This document shows, piece after piece, positions 33,944-50,549 of a stretch of DNA of 64,000 bases. Source of the stretch: the human T2T-CHM13v2.0 reference genome, Homo sapiens; NCBI RefSeq assembly GCF_009914755.1, contig NC_060934.1; one strand, given 5' to 3'. Both the position numbers and the translations under genes were made by a program. The stretch's first letter is position 1; the number at the start of each line of letters is the position of its first letter. A model generated the notes under the pieces. That model saw only the letters and a list, made by a program, of their open reading frames with translations. It ran no database searches and was not told the origin of the DNA.

Positions 33944-34787
33944 ATATATCAACATTTCTTATTGAGGCAAAACAAATCAACTCAACCTCACCACCAAGTT
34001 TGTAAAAACTTCAGAACTTCCAAGGATTAAATGTCAATACTGTTGCCACAGAGGCTTTGACAGGTGGTAACAAGTAGCAGCTAACAGCCTTTCCTTCCCA
34101 AATGAGGTACATTATAAGTAGTATAAACATTGATGTAATTTTTCTTAAGTGGTCTCTTTAATTTGGAAGTCTTTGTTCCACTTCTTTGCTTCTCCTCTCA
34201 CCTACCACAATGACTATCCTTTCTTCTTGGCACACAGAGGTAGGCTGTGTCAGCTGGAATAGCTCCACTCATCAAATTGAAATAATCACTTAGGAAGTCT
34301 TTAAACATACACATTTGTGCAAGTTTACAAAATCAAAAATTTTCTCTAAGCAAACAATTACTACTAATACGGACTGTCATTTTCTTTGAATAAAACCTAT
34401 GCCCTCCAACAAGTGCTCTGAGTTGAATACAGCCTCTTAGTGTGTGCAGTCTCCAAAAAATATAACATTTCCAAAAATTGAATTTCCAGACTTTGCCTTA
34501 TCCAAGCTGTTTTTAAGTTATACCTCTTTCCCTTGCTTCTTCCGACCCTTTGGACAGTTTAAAGATTATTATAAAGTCTATAATAGCGTATTACAAATTT
34601 CAGTTTCACAACATTAAGTTCATTTAGTTATTTTTTTCTAAAAGGTGGTTGAAAGCACTTAGTAACTAAGGCAAAATATGAAACAGTAAATGACTGGACT
34701 GACTGCACTGGCTCCCTTCATCTTAAATATATGTGTGTATGCATGTATGTGTGTGTGTACCTAAGATTCCAGAAGAAAATGGGTTAC

Positions 34788-34934
34788 CTTTTGTTGATGC
34801 TGAATTCTCTCTTCTTCAAGTTGCTGGGTGAGTTTTGCATTTTCGTCTAAAGCTTTCAAAAGCTGCTGATCAGGGATGGAGCTCTGCAGCAGAAGGTGGC
34901 TTTGTCTCTTTAGCTTGTTTTGCTCAATGAACAT
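34788..34934 (-). CDS. SHTN1: Shootin-1 coding exon 9 (147 nt; MFIEQNKLKRQSHLLLQSSIPDQQLLKALDENAKLTQQLEEERIQHQQK)
   Basis: ttgcag acceptor, gtaacc donor, phase 0-0. Confidence 0.96.
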
Positions 34935-35214
34935 CTGCAAAAGTTTGTTACAAGAATGTATATATCAATCAATCTCACATACCTCCTCAACTGTAACTTC
35001 AGCAAAAGAAAAGTACATGGAATTTTTATTAAATCATTAAAGGCAAATTCTGACTTCTATAAGTTTTAGAAGTAGTGATTGCTATGATTTCATTCCTTTT
35101 ATATAATCTTTAATACCTTTACTCCTGCCCCAACAAGATATTTATACAATAAGCTGGTCTTACTCTTCAGTTTTTAATATTTTATTATTGCTTTAAGATA
35201 CATTAATATTAATA

Positions 35215-35555
35215 GTAGTAGCTAATATTTCTCAAGAATTTACCTTGTGTACTCCACTAAATATTTTATATGGATTATTTTAATCCTTACATCAATCCTA
35301 TTAAAGTGCTTCTACTATGAATAGGTAACATTTACTAAACACTATGTGATAGATATGGTGGGAATCATTTTACATTCATTATATCATATAATCCTTAAAA
35401 CAACACTATCAAGTAGACACTACTATCATCTAATTTTACTAATAAGGTAACTGAGGCTCAAAGAAGTTAAGCAACTTTCCCAAGAACACACGTAAGTGAC
35501 AAGACCAGGACTTAAACCCATATCTGATTTACATGCCCAAGCTCTTAACCATCTG
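35215..35555 (-). mobile_element. Tandem MIR relics
   Basis: aactgaggctcaaagaagttaagcaactttcccaag core; boundaries approximate. Confidence 0.7.
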
Positions 35556-36505
35556 GCTAAGTTCCTCTACTATTTGCTAGATCTAATGTTTTGTTTTAAA
35601 CTAATTAGTTTCTCCCTAGTGATAAAAGTAGTTAACAGTAGAAGGGTAAAGGGGAGAAGGGAGACAGTATATTTTATTGAGCACTGTATTAAGCAATTTA
35701 TATGTTATTCATCAAATCCTCACAACTTTACATGATTGAAAATAATATTGATTTCTATTTACCTGTTATTTCTTTTCCTTAACACTCTACCCAATTTGGC
35801 CAGTGAGTGATTCCAAGTATGAAATGTTTTTGTAAACTCTGAAATCTGGCCTACCAATTTTATAATAGAGCTTCACCTTTTCAGATTTTTAACAGCATTT
35901 TAAAATTTACATTATAACTTAACTGAAAGCTCTGAACTGCAAAATGATTTGCTAAAGCCCTCATATTAGTTTGTTCAACAACTTCACCCATCATGTAACA
36001 GAAAAAGTCAGCAAATAAAACTCAGGACAAAAATATTTTCCATCAACCTCCATGTGGCAAGACCACAGCTTTAATGATTTATACAATCCTTAAGCTCTTG
36101 ATCAGTATCGACTTCCACATCAAAGTCAAGTCATGAATACAGTATACTAAAACACTAACATTTTCTTCCCAGTATGTCTTCCTATGAAAGGGAAAAAAAG
36201 GTCAGAAGCTTTCCTTCTTTGCCTAGGGATTTATGAAAAGCCTACAAAACTACGACAGGGTTCTTCTGCAGAATTAAAACACATTACAAAGTCAAACAGG
36301 TAAATAAACAATTGCATATACATGAAACCCACATTCTTCTTCCATTTGTGTGAGAGTGAGAGGTATAGAGACTGCAGTGAGGAAGAGTATGTGCATGTAC
36401 ACTTGGCTGGAGAAGGGTGAGATGCAGCTTCAGCATTCTAAGAAAGAGTAATCAATATTTCATCACAGTATCTTAAACTTCAGACCAGTGATTTAATTAA
36501 AATGA

Positions 36506-36874
<369 letters not shown>

Positions 36875-37084
36875 TAGTTATGAAGACAACTGATAGTTTT
36901 CTTGTTGAGGGGGATTAAGTTTTTGGTTTTGTTTTTTAAATGAACTAGCGGGAGTTAAGAATGGGGGGTAACTTTCAATTTTTATTTTATACATTTAGAA
37001 AATATTTGTATCTTTGTGCAAGGCACACATACTCCTTTTTAATTAAAAATATAAAGTAAATTAACCTTAAAAATTGATTTCTAA

Positions 37085-37200
37085 GGCTCTAGACTATAAG
37101 CTCCAAGAGGGTAGGGCTCACATTTGCTTTCTTCACCACTGGATTCCCAATGTCAGCACAGTGTCTGGCACAGTAAGATGTTTGCTGCATGCCCTAAGTG
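37085..37200 (+). mobile_element. L2 3' end
   Basis: ctagactataagctccaagaggg...agcacagtgtctggcacagta. Confidence 0.75.
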
Positions 37201-38599
37201 GTAAGTAAAATGCAAAAGAATGGGACTCTGTTGTTAAACTAAGTTATGTGTCTTTGTGCAGTACTTACCTGTTGAAAACCTGAGAATGCATAAACTTTGT
37301 AAAAAGGAAAATATACTAGTTCCAACGTGGTGCTATTTTTTAAAAAAAAGTTTTCTTCTCACTATTGTGTAGATTGAATCTAGATATTGTAAAATTGTTG
37401 AGTGCCACTGCAAATATTTATGCTGCCAATAACGTAAGTACCATTGCTCTTGCTTTCTTTCTCTCCTCAAACTTCTACCTCCTCATTCTGGGTTAACATG
37501 TCAGCATTATTGTTTCCACCAACCACTAAGACTGAAGACCAGGTGAACAGCAGAGTCAATCATTCATTTTTGTCTTCTTACTGCAACCTTGCTTCTTCCA
37601 TCTGTCTTCTCTGCTACCACATGGCCTTCAAGTTTTTCTTTGAGCTGCTTTGTATTCTAACATCATTGTGCAAACAACAGATGGAAAACTGAACATGTCT
37701 TGAAATGAGACCTGCTATTCAGGTCAAAATCAGCCGACCTTTCCAGTTTTGCAATAAAGGCATCTTCACATTATCCCTGCTTCCCCTCCCCCTCCACTGT
37801 TTATTTCACTGCATTATTTATATTGCTCCAACGTTTTCCAGAGAGCTCTGACACACTTCAATTCTTTTTTCTTTCTTCCAAGTAATAAGAGAAAAATATT
37901 TACTCACCTTTCATTAAACTCTCTAAATAAAACGAATCATAATATTTCAAATCAGATCTACTTGGCCTAAACCTTCGGTAGAGTTCACTGCTAGCACAGC
38001 TATGCTCAAGCACAGAAAGACCCCCACAAAACCATCATTGGATTTTCAAATGTCATTCCCCTAATGCCATGCTTTGTCTTCCTTCTATGCCTTGGATACC
38101 TCTACCTAGGACTGTTTTACATTTCCTGAGCTATCTTCCTTCAACCTACAGTATGCACACAAATTCAAACTACACCCACAGGATGGAGATCTCATTGCAG
38201 ACCAGCTTTTGAGTTTAGCCCATTGGTGAACTCCTCATCCCCCTGGATGAGCCCCAGGGCCATGGAAGACCCAACGACTGCATGTCAACAGGTAAGCCGG
38301 AACAAGAGATTCAAAGCTGATCTCTAACATAAGAGGAAGATCAGTAGGCTGGTGAAACGCTGAGATAATGAATGTACTACATGGCAGTGTTCCACAGCCA
38401 GTGGAAGAACTTCCTGGCATAATGACAGCACTGCACAATGGCTGAAGAGAAATACTGATACCATAATACTGTTATCTGAGATGGTATATGGAGATACATC
38501 CCAGATTTTAAGCCTATTTGAAATGTACAGGCATCTTGTACCCAAGTTGGACTTTCCATCACAAGTCATGGGTTGTCTCCAAATGCAATTCCTTTCCCT

Positions 38600-38820
38600 T
38601 ACATAGCATTTTATAGTTTATACAACACTTTTTTTAAATTTTGCCATTAAAATCCACTTGGTCAGGTCTGTATTATTGTCCATTTTACAGATGGTAAAAG
38701 TGAAGCCCTGAGAGGCTGAAGAATTGCTCAGAGGTCATACACTACTACAACTAGTAACTGACATGGCCAAAATTTGAGCCCAGATCTTTTGACAATGAAC
38801 TTGATACTATTCTATATCTG
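38600..38820 (-). mobile_element. MIR relic
   Basis: ccattttacagatgg...gaggtcatac. Confidence 0.7.
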
Positions 38821-38938
38821 CCTCCCTAAACCAGCAGATCCTTAATTCAAACTGGTAAGTTCTTATTCAACCTCAAGAATTTGTCTGATATGTCGTCTGC
38901 AAGGTCCCTTACAAAACAAAAATTCAAAAGGTTTTTAC

Positions 38939-39340
<402 letters not shown>

Positions 39341-39419
39341 CTTAAGAAGATAAAGGAAAAAAAAAACCCAGACAATAAGTCACACAAATAATCAGGAATA
39401 TGGATGAAAAACAGTGTTG

Positions 39420-40640
39420 AAAAGATTTTTCATACCAGCATACAGGTACCCTCATGCATTCCTGGTTGGCATACAAACTGATAAAACCTTTTTGGAGAGC
39501 AACTTGGCAACGTGAATCAAAAATCTAAAACTATTCATACACTTTGAATAATCCCACTTCCAGGAATGCATATGCTAAGATTGTAACACATGAGCATATA
39601 CAGACATTTGGTTGCAAGGATGCTCTCTACCTCATTGCTGATAAAAGTGAAATGACATAATACTCTAACACAGAAGAATGAGTAAATTGTAGTACAAGAA
39701 ATATTATTCTGCCATCAAAATTATATTGTAGAAGCATACTTAGTAAATGGAAAGACATCTGTGATGTATTTTTAAAAATAGATTGCAAAAATTAGTGCAA
39801 AGTGAATTCATTTTTGTTCTTTAAAAGCCACAGATAAAGCACATCAACAGCCATTTCACAGAATAGAAAATATACAAAAGGCCAATAAACATGTGGAAAG
39901 ATGCTCATCTTCATTAGGAATCAAGGAAATGCAGAGTAAAAACACTTCTTACACCCATCCAAGAGGCAACTGGTAAAAATTTTAAAGCATGGTTTTATTA
40001 AATTTGGTATGCAGTGAAAAAAAACTGAAGATAAAATTTGACATTTGGCATGTGTCTTAAAGCAACTCTTGGACATGTGCACCAGATGACATGTCTAACA
40101 TTTTTTATAACAGCATGACTCAGAATAGCAGAAATATGGAAACAGCCCAAAGTCTACCAATAGGATACTACTTAAAATAATTTTAGTGTAGTCATCTAAT
40201 GGAATAGTATATAGCAGTGAAAACAAACATACCACAGCTATGCCTGTCCACATGCATGAATCTCACAAACACAAAAAGTTGCAGAAGGTTACAGGAAAAA
40301 TGATTCCATTTACATAGAGTTCAAAAATATGCAAAATTAAACAATGCTGTTTAGAGATATAGACATATTTGGCAAAACTACAAATAAAAGAAAGGAAATA
40401 ATAAAAATTCAAGGGAGGGGTAAGAGTAGAGAGGGATGTTCATGGGTTTGTAAGGTACCAGCAAGTATAAAGAGATTCCTTTTACTGGTATTTCCTCTGT
40501 CTTCCATATATATATAAATATATATATAAACATATTTAACAAAACATTTAATATGTATATATGTAGAGAGAGTTTTTTTTAAGATTGGAAGAATATACAC
40601 TAAAATGGTACTAGTGCTTATCTCTGGATTGTAAAGGTTG
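39420..40640 (+). mobile_element. Ancient L1ME-type fragments
   Basis: degenerate L1 3' motifs (tttggagagcaacttggcaa, atcaaggaaatgca, catgaatctcacaaac); boundaries approximate. Confidence 0.6.
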
Positions 40641-40807
40641 AGATTTTTTTCTTTCCTTACATGAATCTAAATTTTCCACCAAAAAAAGTATACTACCTGA
40701 ATATATACATTTTTATGTATAAAAATATATGTATTATATATAATATTAAATGTAAATAAATGTATAAATTATGTATATGTATATACATATGTATAAAATG
40801 TAAATAT

Positions 40808-41270
<463 letters not shown>

Positions 41271-43162
41271 ATATAAGTTATTTTTAAGTGTTCTCCATAT
41301 TTACAAAGGAGAGAAACAGCCTTAGATGCATTCAGAACCAAAGAATCAGAGCTTTGTACCAAGGAGTTACTGCAAGACCGAAAGCTTCAAAAGGTCCTGT
41401 CAAATAAAAGTAATATAAATTCTTTGCTATTTTCAACATTCAGTGGCCTATTTTGTTAAATAGTGATAATGACAGGACAGAGGGAGTGACGATACCATTA
41501 GATATTAGGCACAAGCTGGGCAGACAGCACACTGTCCATCCACTTCTGGTGAGTCACCTCCACCCTGAGCTGAGTCATACCAACAAAATCTTTCAAAAGG
41601 CTCTCTTAACAGCTGCCTTCACACACTGCTCCACCAGGGCACTTCAATCCTAACTGACTTAAGGACTGGTTTGCTGCGTAATGACATAGAATTTCAAACT
41701 CTGTACTCAATCTACAGCCTCTTCAGATGAAAGACTAATAAGTAAAGCAATAAGAGTGGTGATTTTTTGGTGTGAATTATAGGTCCCTGAGAGCTAAATG
41801 ATTTTCAAGCCTATTTAAACAAGAAATTTCATGAAGAAAACAAAGAACACTATGACGATCTGAAGCCCAGGCAAGATAATTGACTCTCTTTTCTATGTCC
41901 AGAACACTATAATAAAAAGGGAATTTTCACGTGTCCTGGCCCTTCTGACTTGGAATCTGAAAGAAATCAGGTTGGTCCTAGTCAGGTATTTATTTATATA
42001 ATTTTTCTCTCTTCCTAGACAGGGGACTCTCTGAAGGCAAGATCTACATGATTAATCCTTGCAGAACCCTTTTCCTAGCACAGTGAATCAAGACTGAAAA
42101 TTCTACACCATTTCTATCTTTAAATACAGAAAGACTTGGAGAAATGTTACAATCCAGCATATTGCCCACATTTAACTACAAGGTCCTTTATTTACAAAAA
42201 AAATTCCCAGTTGATGAATCACAAAAAGATTGACAGCTACCACCAATAACAATAGGGAAGGCCCTGGGTCGCAAAGGTTTCCTGTTAGTGTTGCAGCTTC
42301 TAAACAAGGAAAGAGAGTGACTGAGGGAAAAAGAGAGAACAGAAAGTATATTAAGTTCTTCTTACCACTTCCAGAATTATTTTTGCAGAACTACACTTTG
42401 GCATCACTTCCTTGTCTTAAACTGGGAGATACATGAAACAGCCCCGATGAGAGCTGATGCTGTGTTTTATAACTAGATGGATAAAGTCACTGTTGCCCAA
42501 AGTACACAAAGTTTTCTCTGGATATAGCCACTGGAGACACTTCCCTCTCACCAGGAGAGCAGGTCTGCTTTTCCTGATCATTAGGTTCATTTTCATGTGA
42601 TTCATTTAAATGATCATCAATCTCTTATTGCACTGACTGTCAGACAGCTCAGAACCAGATTTCAAACACACAGGCAGGAAATGTGCAAGACCTCAGAACA
42701 AGTATGCACTTTGTATACCAATCTAACTCTTACTTTCCTTTATCCCTTTTTCCACATCCTCTTAATTTAAAATTTCATCACATAATGTTACATGTTTTAT
42801 GTAGACAGCCTAACCTCTTCTGGATTGAGATTTACTAAATAACCTACCAAACATATAAATGCTGAGGGGAGAGCTAAAAAGGCCATGATCCCTGGATATA
42901 TGTAAGACAGAAATAGTATTTCGGTTTGAAGTTTCAAAATGAGTGGGTTCCTTGTTCCTCAAGTGAAATCACTTTTAGATGTCCCCAGACTCTAAGTTGG
43001 GTAATAAAACAATGGAAATGGGAGAGACACAATGCTAGAAAATCACAATATAGGAGATTTTATTTACAGTCATATTTAGGCACAGGTGTAAAATGACACA
43101 CAATATATGCAAACAGAACACACCGCATACGTATTTGAGAAAAAAAGACTGGACAGACTTAC

Positions 43163-43244
43163 CTCTATTGCATTTTTCTAAGACTTTTCTCTGTTCAAGA
43201 ACTTCTGAATTTAAAACAGTCTTTTCTTGTTTAACTTTATTTAC
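43163..43244 (-). CDS. SHTN1: Shootin-1 coding exon 7 (82 nt; VNKVKQEKTVLNSEVLEQRKVLEKCNR)
   Basis: ttttag acceptor, gtaagt donor, phase 0-1. Confidence 0.96.
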
Positions 43245-43530
43245 CTAAAAATGTGAAATTTTGAGGGGAGAAAACACCAAAAATTGTAAAACAGGACATA
43301 TGGCAATGTGTGATACTCAATTGCTGTTCAACTTTCAACATGAAGTTACAATTTAAAGCAGAAATTGGTTTCAATGTGTTAGGACTTTTTATTAAAGCTC
43401 TTCTTTAAAGCTTCAAGGATAGCTATTTAAGTTAGGATGTATACCTGGTACAGAACTTATTTATATATTCCAGTTGGCACTGGCACCTAAACATAACAGT
43501 ATGCTAGCCATCCAATGTATATGATACATA

Positions 43531-43676
43531 TTTTTTTAATTAAAAAAAAACAAAGAATATAGAGATGGGGTCTCCTATGTTGCCGAGGCTGGTCTCGAAC
43601 TCCTGGGCTCAAGCAATCCTCCTGCTTCAGCCTCCCGAAGTGCTGGGATTACAGGCGTGAGCCACCATACCCAGCC
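43531..43676 (-). mobile_element. Alu monomer (FLAM-C-like)
   Basis: left-arm monomer; TSD atgat(a/t)cata. Confidence 0.85.
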
Positions 43677-43785
43677 ATGATTCATATTTTTAATGCAAAA
43701 ATCCAACTAAAGATCACCCAGAAAATACAAGAATCATTTAGTCAAGATCCGATACTCAATTTTGGTATTCATTTTAAATGTTGAT

Positions 43786-43937
43786 TAGCATTAGGAGATA
43801 TACCTAATGTAAATGACAAGTTAATGGGTGCAGCACACCAACATGGCACATGTATACATATGTAACAAACCTGCACATTGTGCACATGTACCCTAGAACT
43901 TAAAGTATAATAATTTAAATAAAATACAATAAAATAA
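43786..43937 (+). mobile_element. Short 3' end of a younger L1PA
   Basis: tagcattaggagatatacctaatg...accctagaacttaaagtataataa; TSD aaatg(t/c)tgat. Confidence 0.93.
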
Positions 43938-44421
43938 AAATGCTGATTATTTTTGACTTAAGTAAGATGAACATGAACTTTTAAAATAAGACTTTGAACT
44001 CTGATGACTCTTGGCTTAAATAAAACACATATAAATACTCCCACAAAAATTTAAATTTCTGAAGTAACTTTTGATGTCTATCAACGAAAGAGAATACTAT
44101 AGAAAAGTTTTTTTAAAAAAAAAGAACATAAAGTAAAGCTACATATATCAAGGTAGAAGATAAATCTCAAATATATTGAATTTAGAAAGCAGGCATGTTT
44201 ATAATATTTAAAAACACTCAAAATACTATGTATTGTAGTGAACATGTAAATATATGCACTGACATGATAAACACCAAGTTCAGAATAACAGTTGTTTAGG
44301 GAAACTGGGCAGGGAGCAAGGAGTATGCAACCAGAAAGAGTTACACCAGGGCTTTCATCACCATGCTAATATTCTGTGAATTAAGTTGGGTAGCAGGTAT
44401 ATGGATGTTCATTAAAAATAA

Positions 44422-44714
<293 letters not shown>

Positions 44715-45087
44715 CCATTATTTTGTTCATTATGCCTTCTCAGATGTCTGAAATAGCCATAATAAAAATAATTGTTGAATTGTCTTCCAATAATACCTCT
44801 AAGTGGGAAGCGAGAGAATCATCAGTAAATAATCACAACTGAGGAACAGAGCACACTAAGAAACAAAGATAATGGTCCTGAAAGTGGCTCTGAATCCATC
44901 AGCACCTCCAGATAATCTATTAACTGGTTCTTTTAGTGTAGGCTTTATTTTTGGTTTTGGTTTAAATTAGTAACTGGTACACATTGTCCAACGGTAAGGT
45001 CCTTTCCAAAATATCATCTTCCTTCTTCCCATTCGTTACAATGTTTTGCCACAATAATAAAAGGAGCTCAGGCTGGGAAGTTGGCAG

Positions 45088-45255
45088 ACACTGCTTTCCA
45101 ACCTTTTTTACATCATGGCCTCCAAGAAAATGACAATATGTGTGTGCAAACTGAGGTAACTGGATGAGGCTGCTCACTGACAGGATCAATACGTTGGCAT
45201 GCTCATAAGTCACTTTATCAAGCTGCAGTTGGCACATCAGTTGGGAAGTGCTGGG
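45088..45255. mobile_element. hAT-type MER relic
   Basis: ctgctttccaac...gttgggaagtgctg terminal inverted similarity. Confidence 0.5.
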
Positions 45256-45299
45256 CTACAGAATCTAAGAACCACTGATACAAATTAAATCAAGAATCA

Positions 45300-45734
<435 letters not shown>

Positions 45735-46155
45735 CTATCATAAATGCCTGTGTTGGAGATGCACAGAGGGACAGTCCTTCCCAATTGAACCAGTCATTCA
45801 CCGGAAAAGCAAAACATGCTCTTCTTTCTCTACCAGCAGCAATAAAATATATGACTTGAAATAGTAGCTACTATTCTTACAAATTTGCCTTACATAGCAA
45901 AAACTGGGGGAACAACAGGAAACATGTCCATGCTATTTCAGAATTTTATTTATTAAGCTAGCTAGTGGGTACATGAATCTTCATCATCTTATTTCCTCTA
46001 CCTTTTTTTATGTCTGAAATTGAGGAGAGAAGATTAAAATTGGTACATGGTTCTCATGTTAGAAATTGGCTTATAATATTAAGTTCTTAACTTAGCAAAT
46101 CCCCAAACACCTTGAAAATGCTAAAGCCCTTGCCTTTCAGGCCTGAGATACATAC

Positions 46156-46253
46156 TTCTTCAATTACTTCTACGAGTTTGCTCTTGAGATTTTCCAGCTC
46201 AATGGCTAAAATCTTCTTTTCCTCCTGAACAGATACAATTTGATCTCGAAGTT
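46156..46253 (-). CDS. SHTN1: Shootin-1 coding exon 6 (98 nt; (E)LRDQIVSVQEEKKILAIELENLKSKLVEVIEE)
   Basis: atgcag acceptor, gtatgt donor, phase 1-0; embedded in ORF 46087..46320. Confidence 0.97.
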
Positions 46254-47747
46254 CTGCATTTTTAAAGAAAAAAAATATATAAATAAACTTATTTTTAAAA
46301 TAAGAAATCAATCTGGTCAAAAGAATTGAAAATGCCAGTCCATGTGCAGCTTATGGTCAAGATTATTTAACAATTAAAAAGAAATGAAGAACCAAAGGAC
46401 AATGAGAATCTCATTTGCGTGGCCCTCCCCAAAATAGCCATGGATATTAACAATTTTATATCAGGCAACCTCACTACATTAAATGTACCAGATCATGTTT
46501 TCTTTGCATTCTATCAAAACCACATTCTAGAAAACTATCTAGCATTTTGGAAGTAAAATTTTTTAAGTTTTCAGCAAAACAAATTAAGGTGTAGTACTAA
46601 TTTCTTTTTTATTTCATAATGCCATGGGCTGTTATCACAATAAAATATAAACAATTGGGATGTTAATAATTTGGATATTTTGATTAGAAGTAAAAGATCC
46701 TGACTTGCTGCCAATTTATAGTCCTTAGACATTATTTGAACTGATTCAAAATATAACTATTTGAAAGAAGGGTTAATTCTAGTAATTTTCTCTCTAGAGT
46801 CATGGGTGTTTTGTTTTTAAATTTATTTCATAGTTTTATTATTAGGATTCAATGAAAAGTGTGTCACTAGAATGAGAGTATTATCAACTGTAAGCGCAAA
46901 AGCTTCTGGTGTTAAAGTTACTTCTGTCACTCAAATGTTTGAAAATACACATAGATTAGCACAGACTACTCAAATTCATATTCTGGCCTACTGTTTTGTC
47001 ACTTAGGTTTTAACTGCCTTTAATTTCTTACTGTTTTCCAAGTGCAATAAAGAATATGTTATGTGGTTATTTGTAAATTAAATCAAACTTTTTACATAAA
47101 CTCAGCTTGGAGAAGTTCTCAGAGACTTATTTCTGAATCACTTTCTCCATTTGCTGGCTAATCCAGAAAGAAGAACATGAAACCATATTGCTCAAGCTCG
47201 AACAGAAAGGAGAATAATGAGCAAAGGGAACTCCTTTAAACTTCCTCTCCCTCCCTACCAACATGAATTCTATTTTGTGTTAGCTTGAGGGGTTGAAGAG
47301 TAGGTAAAGATGGTGTCTGTAACATCCTTTCTTCTTTATACTTCCAGTTGAAATTTTATCTACCAAACAAATAAATGAATATTGCTTTTGACCTGTGTAC
47401 TAAATTAAAATGTTCCAATAGTTACTGAGCCAGAACTGCTTTCCTACATCTTTAAATAAACATGTGTATGAGTAAAATGAATGTGCATTCAGTAGATGTA
47501 TCATATGATCTTGCCTTACAACACTACTTGTTAACCAACAAAAAGGGGTGTCGCTAAATATATTTTTATTCATTGTTTCTTTCATTTAACAAAAATATCT
47601 TGACATATAGTACATATCCTTAAGGTTATAGTATAACTGGCTGCTTCCATTGAGACACTTTCAAAAGTGCTTAATTCCAAACAAGAAAGTAACTCATAAA
47701 GCACAATTGTTATATACCCTATGGTGATTTGGAGATATAAATAAATG

Positions 47748-48243
<496 letters not shown>

Positions 48244-48291
48244 TCATAACGGGGTAAAAAATATGCTCAATAATTAAGCAAAGAGTTCTAC

Positions 48292-48460
48292 CTTTAATTT
48301 GCTTCTGACACTGTACTGAGACACAAGTCTCGGCGGCACCGTCTGTGTCTGTAGTCGAATCTTCATCATCAATGTTTATCTCTTCAGTTATTACATCTGG
48401 TCCCAGCTTGGCCATGTACAACATGCTGATTCTTTTCAACGTTTTATTTTCTTTATTTAG
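48292..48460 (-). CDS. SHTN1: Shootin-1 coding exon 5 (169 nt; LNKENKTLKRISMLYMAKLGPDVITEEINIDDEDSTTDTDGAAETCVSVQCQKQIK)
   Basis: tcttag acceptor, gtagaa donor, phase 0-1; overlaps ORF 48185..48439; recognisable Shootin-1 sequence. Confidence 0.97.
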
Positions 48461-50386
48461 CTAAGACAAAATATAAAAACAGTTATTTTAAAAGCAGCCA
48501 AATGAGTATCTTGGATTTTTAAACAATAGACAAATTAAGTATATTTTTGTCTTACATATTCATCAACACTCACAGCAGGACATAACAATTAGTGGATTCA
48601 TTAAATAAGGTTTTATATTAAATTTATTTCTTTAACCAAGATCTGATGTCTGGATTACAGCCAGCAGCAAGTGGAAATGCTAGTTGTAACTGATGAGAAA
48701 TATAAGGAACTAAGATAAAACACCAGTACAGATTAAATAAAATTCTGATTTATAGTCATTAATAGTCTTAAAAAAGGCACTTTATTTCAAGCAAATCTTC
48801 TGCGTGCTGTGGTGCTGAGAACACCTTTTAAATGTCTGTTTGCCTAACATCTCTCTTTTCTGGACATTACCACTTTCCATTGTTCCACATGATTTCAATG
48901 GGAGTGCCATGCTCTCCCAAGCACACCCCATCCCTTTGGCCACAGCGAATTAGTCCAGGGATTAAACACATGACCCAAGTGTGACCAGTCAGATCCCCTC
49001 GCTAGAAATTTGGAGGCTGGAACAGAGCAATGAGTTTCTTTCCATGTGCCTGGACAGGAGCTGCTGGTAACCACATTCCACTATAGGATCAAGGAAAAGA
49101 GGAAGGTAGTTTTTAGAAAAGCTAAAACTGAAGCTGATGTGTAGAGAAAGGAAGAGAAAAGCAACAGAGAAAGGGTTTCCCACCAGACTCAAGCCCCAGA
49201 CTCCAGTCCATTCCTAAACTGCTCCTGTCTCAGAGATTCTATGGAAGTCTCTGATATTTCTAACAGATCCCACATCATTTTCTTTTCTTGTTTAAACTAG
49301 TTCAAGATGTTGTTTCTACTATCTCTATTAAAAGAGTTCTACTTCACAGCAAAAAAAAAAAAAAAAAAAAAGGAATCCTACTTTGTTAATGTATTTTTTA
49401 TTCCCGGACAGGGAAATGAGTTGGTTTTTTAACTTCAGTTATTCAACTATTATCACCTTCTTTAGCTAATGTGTTTATGTACAAGAAAATTTAGGACAAA
49501 GCACACACAAAGACTAAGGATGTTCCAATGTCCACAGAAGTACAATATGGTTTTGCTCATATTTTCTCTTCCCAAGACTAAAAAATAAACAGTTTTCCTT
49601 AATTTGCGCACATCAAAGTAATCAGTAGATTATTTTCCCTACTATAAAATGTAAGTTATAGAAATGCAAATACATTTCCTTTACTAGAGCCCTTGACCAG
49701 GAAGACATGCTCTGAATTTAATAATTGATATTGGAAACAAATGAACATAGTTCATTGGAAAGATAACTACCTTTCCTCACTGTAAACCTGACACTAGAAT
49801 AAGATATTTAGCATAGCACTGGTCTGACTTTGCTCTTTCATTTGTGATCATAATTAGGGTTCCTCAGGGTTTCTCATAGAGAAAGCCCAGCCCACTTTAA
49901 TCTGGGAGATCTGATTTCTACCCCAATAATATGGAACCTAAAGTGGCATGGTCTGGAGCACGAGAGGTTTGTCTGACCTCTTTGGAGAATCAGGAAGAAT
50001 CTCTAAGAAATGGTTATGAACTCTTCCATGGATTCTTCCTGGAAGACTGGCAAGCTCTATTCAGGAAATCAGACACAACCCTTTATCCTCAGTCCCAGTC
50101 TCCAATTCTAGCTTCTGTCTGCACACATTACATTAGGAGATCAAGATAAAAGATGAGGCCCATCATTTCCCAACACCTCTTCCTTAAGTTGGAAAATTCA
50201 GATAAAAACTGTTGTGGGTTCTTTAAACCATGAATGCTACAGCATGGCACACGAAGCTCAAGGACCCTCACTTGTCAATTCTCAAACTATCCCATCTTTT
50301 AGGAATGTCAGAAGAAAACATCAATTTAAGGAAAAAGTGAAGACATTTAAGACTTAATTTCTGGTTCTGTATCCTAATATTTAAAC

Positions 50387-50549
50387 TAATGGTTCTCAAC
50401 TCTGGCCATCAGAATCTCTGGAGAGCTTTTTAAAAACCTCAATGCTTAGGCGCTATGCCATACCCAAATCTCTGGCAGTGGAGCCCAGCATAGCCCTTTT
50501 TCAGTTTCCCAGGTGATTCTAATGTACATCAACACTAAGAATCATTGAT
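50387..50549. mobile_element. MER5A1-like hAT element
   Basis: taatggttctcaac...cccaggtgattctaatg...aagaatcattg. Confidence 0.75.

Noticed and set aside
38300-38570. Overlapping short ORFs suggesting a processed pseudogene
   Set aside because: No recognisable protein, poly(A) tail or TSD; ggaagaacttcctg hints instead at an ancient CR1/L3 relic
49351-49371. Isolated A21 run (also A18 at 25455-25472)
   Set aside because: No attached retroelement body or TSD; simple mononucleotide repeats
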